From Parafilimonas sp. (GTDB taxonomy: Bacteria > Bacteroidota > Bacteroidia > Chitinophagales > Chitinophagaceae): a stretch of DNA of 33,045 nucleotides. Location: the NCBI GenBank assembly GCA_035631175.1, contig DASQJI010000566.1:1-33045 (forward strand), read 5' to 3'. How positions within the stretch are numbered: the first letter of the stretch is position 1; every line of letters starts with the position of its first letter. The notes under the pieces were generated by a model. The model was not told the origin of the DNA and ran no database searches. It saw only the letters and a list, made by a program, of their open reading frames with translations. This document shows positions 1 through 9,429 of the stretch, one piece after another. A program made the position numbers and the translations under genes.

Positions 1-1
1 A

Positions 2-310
2 TTCGTACCTTTAGCACGCGGTACGGCTAATCAAGTACTAGCAGTAAACTCAGGTGGTACAGATGTAGCATATGCATCACTAGATCAAGAAAGAACAGGT
101 AAAGCAACAGCATCAGGAAATGGTTCTACTACCGTCTTTAATATTACTCATGGTCTAGGTTCTACACCAACATATGCATTTGTCGATTGTTCTTCTCATG
201 CTATAGCAAGGACTTTTACTGTAAGCTCAACTACAATAGCAGTTACATTTGCAAGTGCTCCAAGTTCAGGAACCAATAACGTAATAATTTATTGGCGAGT
301 GTTGGCCTAG
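2..310 (+). CDS. Partial (5'-truncated) tail-fibre-like virion protein
   Basis: Open frame from base 2 to TAG at 308-310, not in the ORF track: FVPLARGTANQVLAVNSGGT...ASGNGSTTVFNITHGLGSTP...VTFASAPSSGTNNVIIYWRVLA. GTANQVL and HGLGxTP motifs are typical of phage fibre proteins. Confidence 0.7.
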   Translation, partial: FVPLARGTANQVLAVNSGGTDVAYASLDQERTGKATASGNGSTTVFNITHGLGSTPTYAFVDCSSHAIARTFTVSSTTIAVTFASAPSSGTNNVIIYWRVLA

Positions 311-354
311 ATAGATAGGTAGGTAAGTAGTAGGTATAGTAGTAGGCATGTAAA

Positions 355-1596
355 ATGGCTAAAACTCTATGTTACGCTACTGGTGGTGCTAACACTACAA
401 CTGCGAATACTACTGAATGTTTTACTGTATCTATGAATGATTTTAACCCAACTGAAACAAGTGTTCAAAGGATGATACGCAGTCCTGGTTCTTGTAGCAA
501 TCTAATGATACATTTGACTGCAAATGGCGTCGCAGCCACCTCAACATTTGTATTTAGAAAGAATGCTGCTAATGGAAATAACACAGTATCGATAGGTTCT
601 AGTGCTACTGGCTTCTTTGAGGACACGACTAATACCGATACTGTAGCAGCGGGTGATAAAATCAATATGAACCTTATACCTGGTGCAGGTACAGGAACAT
701 TTACGTATACTTCTGTAGGTTTTGCATTTGATGCTTCGACTAATACTGTTTCATTAAATATATGTTCTAATGGTACCAATGCTAGTAATATTACTACAGC
801 ATCTCAGACTACATATTATCACCCAAATGCATTATTTGCTAGTTATATTACTACAGAAACCAATTTCAAGGAAAGACAGAGAAAGGCAGGTACTTTCAAA
901 AATCTAGCTGCATATATCTCTTCTAATACCAGTAATAATGCTGCAACCTTACGCAGCCGTTTGAATGCAGCTAATGGCGCATTATCTGCTAGTATAACGG
1001 GCAATACAAGTGGCTTCTTTGAGGACACAACTAATACCGATACTGTTGCTGTTGGAGATGATTACAATCTTTCATTTACAACTGGTACTGGTAGCACAAA
1101 CATATTTCCCGCTTCTTTTACTACAGAGTTTGAGAATACAAGCGGTGTTGGGATTAAAAGTGCATCAAGCCATTCACCTACTGCTAGGGTTACCAGTACT
1201 ACATATAATTACGGTATAGGAACTCTCACACAATCGGCTACAGAAACCGATGTACAGTTAAGGATCAATGGTTCATACACATTCTCTGAACTCGGAGTAT
1301 TCTTAAGTGCTAATACCATTACCGCTGCATCTACCTTTCTATTTAGAAAGAATGCTGCTAATGCAACTATGACTATATCCATAACAGCATCTACTACAGG
1401 ATGGTTCTTTGATTCTGTACATACTGATGCTGTTGTAAATACTGACCTCGTAAATTGTCGATTAACCACAGGTGGAACAGGTACAAACTTAACCATACAC
1501 CAAGATACGCTATATGCAGAGATAACGGGTGGTGTAATCAGTATGACAGACACATCGTCTAAAACATTTGCTAATCATTTTATCACCAAGGTTTGA
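355..1596 (+). CDS. Thr/Asn/Gly-rich beta-structured virion accessory protein with three tandem ~130-aa domains
   Basis: 413 aa. A motif of the form (F)RxNAAN...SI...TG(F/W)FxD..xTDxV..(G/T)D occurs three times; composition suggests beta-sandwich domains. Confidence 0.75.
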   Translation: MAKTLCYATGGANTTTANTTECFTVSMNDFNPTETSVQRMIRSPGSCSNLMIHLTANGVAATSTFVFRKNAANGNNTVSIGSSATGFFEDTTNTDTVAAGDKINMNLIPGAGTGTFTYTSVGFAFDASTNTVSLNICSNGTNASNITTASQTTYYHPNALFASYITTETNFKERQRKAGTFKNLAAYISSNTSNNAATLRSRLNAANGALSASITGNTSGFFEDTTNTDTVAVGDDYNLSFTTGTGSTNIFPASFTTEFENTSGVGIKSASSHSPTARVTSTTYNYGIGTLTQSATETDVQLRINGSYTFSELGVFLSANTITAASTFLFRKNAANATMTISITASTTGWFFDSVHTDAVVNTDLVNCRLTTGGTGTNLTIHQDTLYAEITGGVISMTDTSSKTFANHFITKV

Positions 1597-1636
1597 TGAT
1601 TATTATTATTATATCACTATATAGTAAATCAACAAT

Positions 1637-1963
1637 ATGCCATTGACCTTAAGTGCAAACGGCACATCGACAATGATTATAGGAACTGAAGTTACACTAT
1701 ATAATCCAACATCAATAAAGCGATTTGACGGTTACGTTGACCTTTCAGCAATGGCGACAGGTGATACAATAGAATTGCGAGTATATGTTCTTATAGATAC
1801 TCTTGGAGCTTACAAACAATATAACATCCAAACATATGCTGATAGTCAAACCAGTCCATTGAAATACATTCCTACTTTACCTTCAGACATTGGCTGGAAG
1901 TTAACAGCAAAACAAACTTTAGGAACAGCAAGAACTATAACATGGAGAATATATGAGGTGTAA
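1637..1963 (+). CDS. Small beta-rich hypothetical virion protein
   Basis: 108-aa ORF, co-oriented with the cluster, alternating hydrophobic pattern. Confidence 0.7.
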   Translation: MPLTLSANGTSTMIIGTEVTLYNPTSIKRFDGYVDLSAMATGDTIELRVYVLIDTLGAYKQYNIQTYADSQTSPLKYIPTLPSDIGWKLTAKQTLGTARTITWRIYEV

Positions 1964-1983
1964 TATATCCTACTACTACTAAA

Positions 1984-2409
1984 ATGACAATTCAAACAAC
2001 TAGATGGTCACCTGATACGTGTGACTGTGTAATCGAATACACTTGGGACGATGCTGTAGCATCTGGATCTAGGACTCATACCGTTAGTAATGTGATTTCT
2101 AGATGTTCAGCACATACAGCACTTGCCGATAATACAACGGTCTTCAATACTTTAATGGATGAAAACCCAAGAAAGAATAGTACATTACAGACAGCAATAG
2201 ATAACCTCGCTACTCAATTATCTGAAACTGGTGCTGCTGGCGGTACTCTCAAAAACGGAATAACCTATAATTTTAGTTATACAGGCACAGCACCAAACAG
2301 AACATTGACTGTATCATTTACTGGTATAACCTTAACTACAGCACAAAAGAACGCATTACAAAACGCTTTAAATACCAAATTCGGAGCTGGCAAAGTGACA
2401 GTATCGTAG
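1984..2409 (+). CDS. Hypothetical protein with WSPDTCDC...CSAH motif (possible metal binding)
   Basis: 141 aa. CxC plus a later CxxH; position is compatible with a fibre-associated protein. Confidence 0.7.
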   Translation: MTIQTTRWSPDTCDCVIEYTWDDAVASGSRTHTVSNVISRCSAHTALADNTTVFNTLMDENPRKNSTLQTAIDNLATQLSETGAAGGTLKNGITYNFSYTGTAPNRTLTVSFTGITLTTAQKNALQNALNTKFGAGKVTVS

Positions 2410-2485
2410 TGTCGGAGCTATAAACATCTTTATGTATTTCACAATTAATTGATATGATAGTGATAGTGAGAGTAAGTAAAAGAAG

Positions 2486-2686
2486 ATGATAAAATTAAGA
2501 TTAGGAGTTGCAACGGTAAGCACAGACAAAGATACAGAGTTACCAGATTTTTCATTCAATCATGCTTTTGTGTCGTTTGGTGAAAATGAATCAAAAATAT
2601 ATTATCTTTATGCAAGTGATAAAGATAGTACCATAAAATCACAAGCGGCAGAGATAGCAGCCCATCTTTTAGGAGTGTACAAGTAG
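2486..2686 (+). CDS. Small hypothetical protein
   Basis: 66-aa ORF filling the gap between co-oriented genes. Confidence 0.6.
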   Translation: MIKLRLGVATVSTDKDTELPDFSFNHAFVSFGENESKIYYLYASDKDSTIKSQAAEIAAHLLGVYK

Positions 2687-2701
2687 GTAGTATAATAAGA
2701 A

Positions 2702-3166
2702 ATGGCTCAGTATACAGTCGCTTTAAACGCTACAGCAAACTCAACAATAAATACAGAAGACACCTGGATTGAATTATTACCACCTGCTAACGTTTCAATA
2801 CTTTTAAAACGTATAAGGGTGTCATTTCCTCATACTACTGTATCAGATGTACCCGCTAGAGTTAGGGTTACTAGGGCATCTGCCGCAGGTGCTACAGGAA
2901 CTACAGGAACTATAGTAAAGAGAAGGCCAGCAGCACCCGCTTCTGTATCAACCGCTACGGTCAAAAACGGTACTAATGCATTCTCTGTTGGGACTGTTGT
3001 GGATGTTTTACTAGACACAACCGTAAATACTAGAGGAATATTTGAGTGGGTCTCAAGAGATGAAGATGACTATATTCTGTCAGGTGTCAATCAGAGACTT
3101 GCTATACTACTTAGGGTCAATTTGGCTTCTATGGTTTGTAATGTAGAATGTGATTGGGAAGAATAA
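2702..3166 (+). CDS. Virion accessory protein, paralog A
   Basis: 154 aa. Shares IELxPPANVSIxLKxIRV and TRGxFEW..RDxDDYI with the next ORF. Confidence 0.8.
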   Translation: MAQYTVALNATANSTINTEDTWIELLPPANVSILLKRIRVSFPHTTVSDVPARVRVTRASAAGATGTTGTIVKRRPAAPASVSTATVKNGTNAFSVGTVVDVLLDTTVNTRGIFEWVSRDEDDYILSGVNQRLAILLRVNLASMVCNVECDWEE

Positions 3167-3220
3167 TAGTAATAATAATAATAGTAGGAGTATTAAATGA
3201 GTGAGTGAGTGAATGAATGA

Positions 3221-3688
3221 ATGTCCGACTTTGTTGTAACAAATATTGCAGGTAATAATGTTGCTAATACTGAAAATGTCTTTATTGAACTTGTTCCACC
3301 AGCAAACGTTTCAATATTTTTGAAGAAGATAAGAGTCGCATACGGGGGTACTGGTGCTGGTGACAACCCTGTAGACATATTCGTTCGCAGAGAATCCACG
3401 CTAGGTTCTGGTGGCGTTTCGGCTACTGCCAAATCAATGAATACTAGTAGTGCTTCATCCGTTACGTCGGTTAATGTTAAAACGGGTACTACTGCTTTTA
3501 CACTTGGTACTATTGTAGATACAGTACTCCATACGTGCTTTTTCGTAACACGTGGAACGTTTGAATGGATTCCAAGAGATAAGGATGATTATATTTGGAG
3601 TGACGCAGGGCAGGCTCTTGCAATAACGCTTAACAGTACTAACATTGCTGTTTCTAATCTGGTAATGGAGTGCTTCTTTGGGGAATGA
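3221..3688 (+). CDS. Virion accessory protein, paralog B
   Basis: 155 aa. Aligns end to end by eye with 2702-3166. Confidence 0.8.
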   Translation: MSDFVVTNIAGNNVANTENVFIELVPPANVSIFLKKIRVAYGGTGAGDNPVDIFVRRESTLGSGGVSATAKSMNTSSASSVTSVNVKTGTTAFTLGTIVDTVLHTCFFVTRGTFEWIPRDKDDYIWSDAGQALAITLNSTNIAVSNLVMECFFGE

Positions 3689-5610
3689 CTACAGGTCCAA
3701 CAGTAGCACAAACAGCACCACAGTTTGCATATTCTTACTGTGCTTTTGGTCAGTCAAATCCTCTCACAGCAAGGCCGCAGACTATAGCAACATACAATAA
3801 TGCTGTAGAAAATGAACAGATAGCAGCAAATCTATCTACACCACCTGATACTACATACTACAAGCGGCATGTTATTGTAACTTTAGGTGCTGTATTTGTT
3901 AGAACAATATCAGATACTTATACTGCTTCAGAGTCCTTATTGAAGAAAGCAACAAAGGTTAGAACTGATACATTAACAGCTTCAGAAACCAGACTTATCA
4001 AGGCTATCAAGCAAAGGACTGATACTTTAACAGCAAGTGAATCTATAACAAGGATATGGATTCATGTTAGAACTTTATCTGATACATTAAGCAAGTCTGA
4101 AACATTACTAAAGAAAGCAATCAAGGTCAGAACTGATACAGGGTCATTAACCGAGTCCATAACCAAGAGAGTAAGCCACAGCATTCAAGACACATTATCC
4201 AAGTCGGAAACACTAACAAAGATACTCACTCATGTTAGAACACTATCAGATACATTAACTAAGTCTGAGACATTACTGAAGACGGCAATCAAAGCAAGGG
4301 CAGACACATTAGGTAAAAGCGAAAGCATAACTAAGGTTCAAACAAAGGTTAGAACATTAAGCGATACCTTAAGTGTATCTGAAACCTTACTCAAACGAGC
4401 TAGGAAAGTACTTAGTGATACTCTATCAGCTTCAGAATCAATTACTAAAACGCGTATCAGAGTAAGGACATTATCAGACACTTTAGGTAAATCAGAATCT
4501 TTAGTCAAGAAGACCACCAAACTTTTAGCAGACACTAGAACAGCAAGCGAGCAACTTTTAAAGACTGCTAAAAAGATATTAAGTGATACACTAGGCAAAA
4601 GCGAAACATTAACAGGTCAGAAGGTTACAGGCACAATTACTAGGACATTAAGTGATACATATGGAGCCACCGAAACGCTTACAAAGAATGTCATTAAAGC
4701 AATCACAGATAATCTCGGAAGTTCTGAACTATTGCTTTCGACCAGACAGTTCTTCAGATTTTTGGTTGATAGTAGAACAGTTTCGGAATCGATTAACAAG
4801 AGAGCGCAGAAAGCAATCACGGAAACGGCAACAGCCACGGAAGCAACCATCAAGAAAACATTCAAAGTTATAACTGATACTCTAAACGCTAGTGAATCAT
4901 TAGATTCTACTAGGATTAGAGAGAATATAGTAAGAACACTTACAGATACTTATACCGCAGCCGAACTTATCGGTAAGATTGTCATTTATCATATTACAGA
5001 TGTTATAGGCGGCGGAGGTGGATTCAAGCAGTTTATACACCAAATAGTTGATACCTATTATTCATCAGAAATAATACAATCGTTTGTTACTAAAGCTGTT
5101 TTACCAGGCACATCAATGATGCAGGCTAAAGGCTTAGAAATTGCTAAGAATGTAAGAATAGCCTGGCAGCGACGGCAAGTAAAACCAACCCCACCAATCC
5201 CAAGACTCCAGCTACAAAGACCAAAGCTAGTTTTAAAGACATTATCAGATAGCTATGTTACAACTGAATCAATACAAGTAAAGGTGATAAAGTTCGCGCC
5301 TCAGACAACTACCAGTACCCCTAAAATACAGCAGTTGTCGTCGGCACAATTAGTTAAAGAGACTATCATAAAAACATTAGGACCAGAAATAGCTAATCAA
5401 TATGTTCAGAAGGTTATAGCTAAAGAGCGCGAAGATAAACGGTTGATGGTTCAACAAGCTATAGTTGAGAAGATTAAACTTATTAAAGCTCAAGGTGACC
5501 CTGATGCAAGGTCGCTAAAGCTGCAGAAACTTTTGAAATTGTTAAAGCTAAACAAATTAATACAATTGGCATTACTTCACAAAACAGGGCTAGAGGTAGA
5601 AGAATCATAA
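3685..5610 (+). CDS. Repeat protein (about 19 repeats of 18-23 aa, DTLxxSE core), probable fibre shaft or filament
   Basis: Units such as DTLTASETRLIKAIKQRT (18 aa) and DTLTASESITRIWIHVRTLS (20 aa). ATG at 3685 overlaps the upstream TGA (ATGA), so it is preferred to the GTG at 3670. Confidence 0.8.
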   Translation: MTTGPTVAQTAPQFAYSYCAFGQSNPLTARPQTIATYNNAVENEQIAANLSTPPDTTYYKRHVIVTLGAVFVRTISDTYTASESLLKKATKVRTDTLTASETRLIKAIKQRTDTLTASESITRIWIHVRTLSDTLSKSETLLKKAIKVRTDTGSLTESITKRVSHSIQDTLSKSETLTKILTHVRTLSDTLTKSETLLKTAIKARADTLGKSESITKVQTKVRTLSDTLSVSETLLKRARKVLSDTLSASESITKTRIRVRTLSDTLGKSESLVKKTTKLLADTRTASEQLLKTAKKILSDTLGKSETLTGQKVTGTITRTLSDTYGATETLTKNVIKAITDNLGSSELLLSTRQFFRFLVDSRTVSESINKRAQKAITETATATEATIKKTFKVITDTLNASESLDSTRIRENIVRTLTDTYTAAELIGKIVIYHITDVIGGGGGFKQFIHQIVDTYYSSEIIQSFVTKAVLPGTSMMQAKGLEIAKNVRIAWQRRQVKPTPPIPRLQLQRPKLVLKTLSDSYVTTESIQVKVIKFAPQTTTSTPKIQQLSSAQLVKETIIKTLGPEIANQYVQKVIAKEREDKRLMVQQAIVEKIKLIKAQGDPDARSLKLQKLLKLLKLNKLIQLALLHKTGLEVEES

Positions 5611-5613
5611 ACA

Positions 5614-7224
5614 ATGTCTAGCTATTCTGATTTTCCTGAAGTAGATGTAGTAGATCCAACTGATTCACAGGGTTATGGTTCGGATACTTTATCTGAATTA
5701 TTCAAAATACTTAATGGTAAGATTTTAGATAGTAGAAGACCACACGTTCTCAATCCTTGGAAGTTTGAGGGACCTATCACATTACAGCAGCAACCAGCAG
5801 TAATAGACCCTGCAATATATACAACATCAACTGCTGGAGAGGCATTACTATACATTGATTCTGTATCAGGTAAATTAACACTCAAAAAGTACGGGGGTTC
5901 GATTATAGATTTAGAAACCTCTATAGGATTACTTCAAGACCTATCTAATGTCAATATAACTTCAGTAGCAAATAACGACATAATCAGATACAACTCTGCA
6001 ACTGGCAAGTGGGTGAATATGGCGTTATCAGGTGCGGGTGAAGCTAACACAGCATCTAATGTTGGTACTCTAGGAACAGGATGGTTCAAGCAGAAAACGG
6101 GTGTTAATTTAGAGTTTAAGAAGATTAACGCAGCTTCAACAAAGATTACAGTAACCGATGATACAGCAAACAGCAAAGTAGATGTTGATGTAGCTCAAGC
6201 TAATTTAGACCGAAACTCAATAGGTGGTGCTTCACCTCTATCAGTTGCTAATGGTGGTACTGGAGCTTCTACCTTAACAGGTGTTCTAAAAGGTAATGGC
6301 ACGGGTGCGGTAACAGCATCAGCACAGTTAGCGGTTGCTTCAGGTGGTACGGGTGCTGCTACATTAACGGGCATCCTGAAAGGAAATGGTACTTCTGCCA
6401 TAACTGCTGCAAGTCCTGTAGTTGTGGCTGATGGTGGTACTGGAGCTACAACATTAACTGGGGTATTGCTAGGTAATGGCACATCTGCGGTTACTGCTAT
6501 ATCTGTAGGTAGTAGCGGAAACGTTCTTACCAATGTCGGAGGTACACCACAATTTCAACCCCCTGCATCGGGTACTAGCACAATGCAGACAGCAAAGAAA
6601 GACGGCACTTGGAACGGTACAGGTGCGACAAACGGTGCTGGTCTTCTTAATGGTATAATGGTAGCAGGTTCAGGAACATTCACCCAAAACGTAGATACTA
6701 CTACTAATGGCACTTACCTAACATGTGCAACTGGTTCAACATCAGGTAACACAGCAGCAATAAGATCTTCTTATAACTTTACTGCTGCTAATCTGAACCC
6801 TATTCTATATTTGAGATTAAGAGAGGCAGATATTACTAGCAATAGGTTATGGGTTGGCTTCTCATCTAGTGTAACAGCAGATCCCGTTAACTCTACTTAT
6901 TTGGATAATAAATCTGGAGCAATGCTATATCTAGCTCAAAGCGGTACTGTATGGAATGTTGCAACTAACAATGGTGGTGCTACAGCTACAATAACATCAA
7001 CAGGTGTAACAGCGTCAAACAACGGAATTGTATCTATAATTATAAAGCTGATAGGCGCAACTCCTAAAGTTTCCTATTCAATTAATGGTGCTGCATTTGT
7101 AGATATTACTACAACACCTCCAGCGGGTGCTACAACTTTAGGCTTAAATTGTGGGACTGGTACAACTACATCTAGCAGTAGATCATTTGACTTCTTTAAA
7201 ATGGACATAACACAAGATGGCTAA
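5614..7224 (+). CDS. Tail fibre / receptor-binding protein
   Basis: 536 aa. LQDLSNVNI..ANNDIIRYN and GEANTASNVG..FKQKTG..LEFK fibre motifs, three VAxGGTGAxTLTGxLxGNGT repeats, beta-rich C-terminal head. Confidence 0.75.
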   Translation: MSSYSDFPEVDVVDPTDSQGYGSDTLSELFKILNGKILDSRRPHVLNPWKFEGPITLQQQPAVIDPAIYTTSTAGEALLYIDSVSGKLTLKKYGGSIIDLETSIGLLQDLSNVNITSVANNDIIRYNSATGKWVNMALSGAGEANTASNVGTLGTGWFKQKTGVNLEFKKINAASTKITVTDDTANSKVDVDVAQANLDRNSIGGASPLSVANGGTGASTLTGVLKGNGTGAVTASAQLAVASGGTGAATLTGILKGNGTSAITAASPVVVADGGTGATTLTGVLLGNGTSAVTAISVGSSGNVLTNVGGTPQFQPPASGTSTMQTAKKDGTWNGTGATNGAGLLNGIMVAGSGTFTQNVDTTTNGTYLTCATGSTSGNTAAIRSSYNFTAANLNPILYLRLREADITSNRLWVGFSSSVTADPVNSTYLDNKSGAMLYLAQSGTVWNVATNNGGATATITSTGVTASNNGIVSIIIKLIGATPKVSYSINGAAFVDITTTPPAGATTLGLNCGTGTTTSSSRSFDFFKMDITQDG

Positions 7225-7408
7225 TACAATCTATCTTAACTTTGGATTATCAGACAGACTACTAAATTATATTGTGACAACATATCCAAATGCGCATATC
7301 GTAGAGCACGGCAATACTTACGTAATAATTGATGTTTCATTAATGACCGTACCAGAACAGAACGGAATGAAGAACGATATAGCTTCTAGAATTGTAGAAC
7401 AAATTTAG
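7217..7408 (+). CDS. Small hypothetical protein (possible fibre chaperone)
   Basis: 63 aa, overlaps the fibre gene end by 8 nt; function suggested by position only. Confidence 0.55.
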   Translation: MANTIYLNFGLSDRLLNYIVTTYPNAHIVEHGNTYVIIDVSLMTVPEQNGMKNDIASRIVEQI

Positions 7409-7442
7409 TCTACTAGTAGACTGATTGCATAGAAGATTTCTC
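7401..7442. repeat. Dispersed palindromic element, copy 1 (core GTCTACTAGTAGAC at 7408-7421)
   Basis: aaatttaGTCTACTAGTAGACtgattgcatagaagatttctc; the same core recurs at 15022 and 32742. Confidence 0.9.
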
Positions 7443-7454
7443 TATCTAGCGTCT

Positions 7455-7477
7455 TAGTTCTCACTTTAGTTCATAAC
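7455..7477 (+). promoter_or_regulatory. Putative late promoter: TAGTTCTCA + TATA-like TTCATAAC
   Basis: 9-mer at 7455-7463, TATA-like box at +15, upstream of the protease gene. Confidence 0.65.
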
Positions 7478-7489
7478 TATTGTCTTCTT

Positions 7490-8857
7490 GTGGCATATTT
7501 CGCAGAAAAGACTTACAATTCTGGTACTGACAGATTATTCTTAGTATATTACGCATTACCTGAAGCTGTAGTTAATCAGAATGGTTGGGGTGTTGATCCT
7601 AACTATATAGCAGAAAACATTCAAACATTCGTAGGTAAACCAGCAGTCCTTAAGAGAAAAGACCCTAACAATCCTCTAGATGTAGCTCAAAAAGGAAATT
7701 TCGTACATCCGATGGTTCAGCACGGTAGTGGTATCAGAGACGTTATGGAGTATCAAGAGAATTGGGCCATAGGACGCGTTCATCGAGTATCATTGAATCC
7801 TGATAAAGGATGGAGATTTGACATTGAGATAACTGACCCAAAGGCAAAGGATGTAATGAAATCCGAAGAACACATCGACCAATACCCACCGTATGTATCG
7901 CCTCTAATATTATCATTCCCTCATCAAAATCCAAATGAGAATCCAAAATCGCTACGGCATTGGTTGGGTGCTCATATCGCTTTTGTCGATTACCCCGCAT
8001 TTGGGTTTGATAGAATGGATGTAGCGGGTAAATGTTTCGGCTCAGAGCAAGAGTGTACAGTAAAATTACATAATGCATCTGAAATGCAAAGTGCATGTAA
8101 CTTTTGCATTACAGACGCAACTCTTCAGCTTATTGGTAGTTCTCAAGTTTCTCAAAACAACATTTCAGGTAATACAATGAGTGCAAATAACAATACTGCA
8201 CCGAATACACCTCAAAATGTAACAACAGTTACAAAGACGCCGACAGTTGAGGTTAAGCGAGAGCAAGTATTAGCTACAGATACCAGTTATCCAACTACTT
8301 TTGATAAATCTAAGAAACCCGCTGAAGAACAACCAGAACCACAACAACCAGCAGAAAGACAACCACCAACGAACGACAAACCAAGTTCTGAGGGTGAAGT
8401 AGAGGAATCGCCAAAATCCTTAGACGAAGCAAAGAACATTATCAAGAATCTTCAGAGTGTTGTAAGCGAACTAACAGCACAGCAAGCCAAGACCAACAAG
8501 TTCATGGCTGACTTGCAGAAACGTGAGCGTATAGCCACACTAAAGACTATAGTTCCAAAACAGCTCTTCAAGTCTGAAGACAAATACAATGAAGAACTAG
8601 AGAAAGTCTATTCATGGAGTGGTATATCAAACCAGGAAATAGCAGAGTTCTATCAGTCTAAATTAATGAATCTAACAGTAGCTCCTAAAGCTGCATCAGT
8701 AACAACAGAGAATAGAGAACAGTATAGTAATTTCAAAACTGTTCCTGAATTTCATAAAGCGGCAGCAGCTGATGAGACAACTAAAACCGATAGTTCTCAC
8801 AACTCATTCATGACACACTACCGATTAATGAAAAGAATTGCAGGAGGTTCAGTTTAA
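7490..8857 (+). CDS. Prohead maturation protease fused to a C-terminal scaffold domain
   Basis: GTG start. The N-terminal ~200 aa contain FVGKP, FVHP, YVSP and HIAFVDYPAFG, resembling HK97/Mu-type assemblin-fold proteases. A P/Q/E-rich linker and coiled-coil region follow. Lies directly upstream of the capsid genes. Confidence 0.75.
   Translation: MAYFAEKTYNSGTDRLFLVYYALPEAVVNQNGWGVDPNYIAENIQTFVGKPAVLKRKDPNNPLDVAQKGNFVHPMVQHGSGIRDVMEYQENWAIGRVHRVSLNPDKGWRFDIEITDPKAKDVMKSEEHIDQYPPYVSPLILSFPHQNPNENPKSLRHWLGAHIAFVDYPAFGFDRMDVAGKCFGSEQECTVKLHNASEMQSACNFCITDATLQLIGSSQVSQNNISGNTMSANNNTAPNTPQNVTTVTKTPTVEVKREQVLATDTSYPTTFDKSKKPAEEQPEPQQPAERQPPTNDKPSSEGEVEESPKSLDEAKNIIKNLQSVVSELTAQQAKTNKFMADLQKRERIATLKTIVPKQLFKSEDKYNEELEKVYSWSGISNQEIAEFYQSKLMNLTVAPKAASVTTENREQYSNFKTVPEFHKAAAADETTKTDSSHNSFMTHYRLMKRIAGGSV
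8177..8857 (+). CDS. Putative nested in-frame scaffold protein (226 aa, MSANNNTAPN...)
   Basis: In-frame ATG at 8177 (codon 230), 40 nt after the start of an intragenic TAGTTCTCA at 8137 and just after the protease domain. Confidence 0.5.
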   Translation: MSANNNTAPNTPQNVTTVTKTPTVEVKREQVLATDTSYPTTFDKSKKPAEEQPEPQQPAERQPPTNDKPSSEGEVEESPKSLDEAKNIIKNLQSVVSELTAQQAKTNKFMADLQKRERIATLKTIVPKQLFKSEDKYNEELEKVYSWSGISNQEIAEFYQSKLMNLTVAPKAASVTTENREQYSNFKTVPEFHKAAAADETTKTDSSHNSFMTHYRLMKRIAGGSV

Positions 8858-8861
8858 CTAA

Positions 8862-9371
8862 ATGCCTTACGGAGCTACAGAACCAGGATATAATTTCCTT
8901 CAAATCCCTGGTATGCCGAAGAATACGGGAGCTTCTACAGGTGGATCACCTGGGGACACTTTCGCTTTTGACCAGGCAAACAACCAATGGAAACGTGCCG
9001 TATCAGGTCAAGCGGGTCCGTTTGGATTCGTAGGTAACTTAGATGTATTATCAGAAACACTCGACGTATTGACAAATACATACACAATCGTAAGAGGTGT
9101 ATCAGATACAGCTTCAACCATGTCCGTAATTGTTTCTGGTAGGATATGTAAGAAGGCTGAATCTGGAGTAGTAGCAGGTGACCTAGTAAAGGTTAGCGCA
9201 ACTAATCCACTAACTCATGTAACAAAGTGGGTAAGCGGTACAGATGCAGCAAACCTAGTAGTAGGTCGATATGTAATTAATGAAACACAGTTCCATAGGG
9301 CAGATGTTGCAGCACCAACGACAAACGCGAACGATCTAATCAAGATCGATATCAGGGCAAGCTACCCATAG
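8862..9371 (+). CDS. Capsid decoration/cement protein (putative)
   Basis: 169 aa, Gly-rich beta pattern (PGD.., VIVSGRI, VVAGDLVKV, VVGR), in the canonical position between scaffold and MCP. Confidence 0.6.
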   Translation: MPYGATEPGYNFLQIPGMPKNTGASTGGSPGDTFAFDQANNQWKRAVSGQAGPFGFVGNLDVLSETLDVLTNTYTIVRGVSDTASTMSVIVSGRICKKAESGVVAGDLVKVSATNPLTHVTKWVSGTDAANLVVGRYVINETQFHRADVAAPTTNANDLIKIDIRASYP

Positions 9372-9429
9372 TTAGTAGTAGTAGAGTAGTTCTGATATTG
9401 GAAATTTCGATAGGTGAATTATAGTAAAA

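Noticed and set aside
3670-3684. GTG start at 3670 for the repeat protein
   Set aside because: ATG at 3685 forms a standard ATGA overlap with the upstream stop and is more plausible.
6235-6500. GGTGA-TLTG-GNGT repeats as a novel element
   Set aside because: This is a common Gly-rich tail fibre repeat, fully explained by the CDS.
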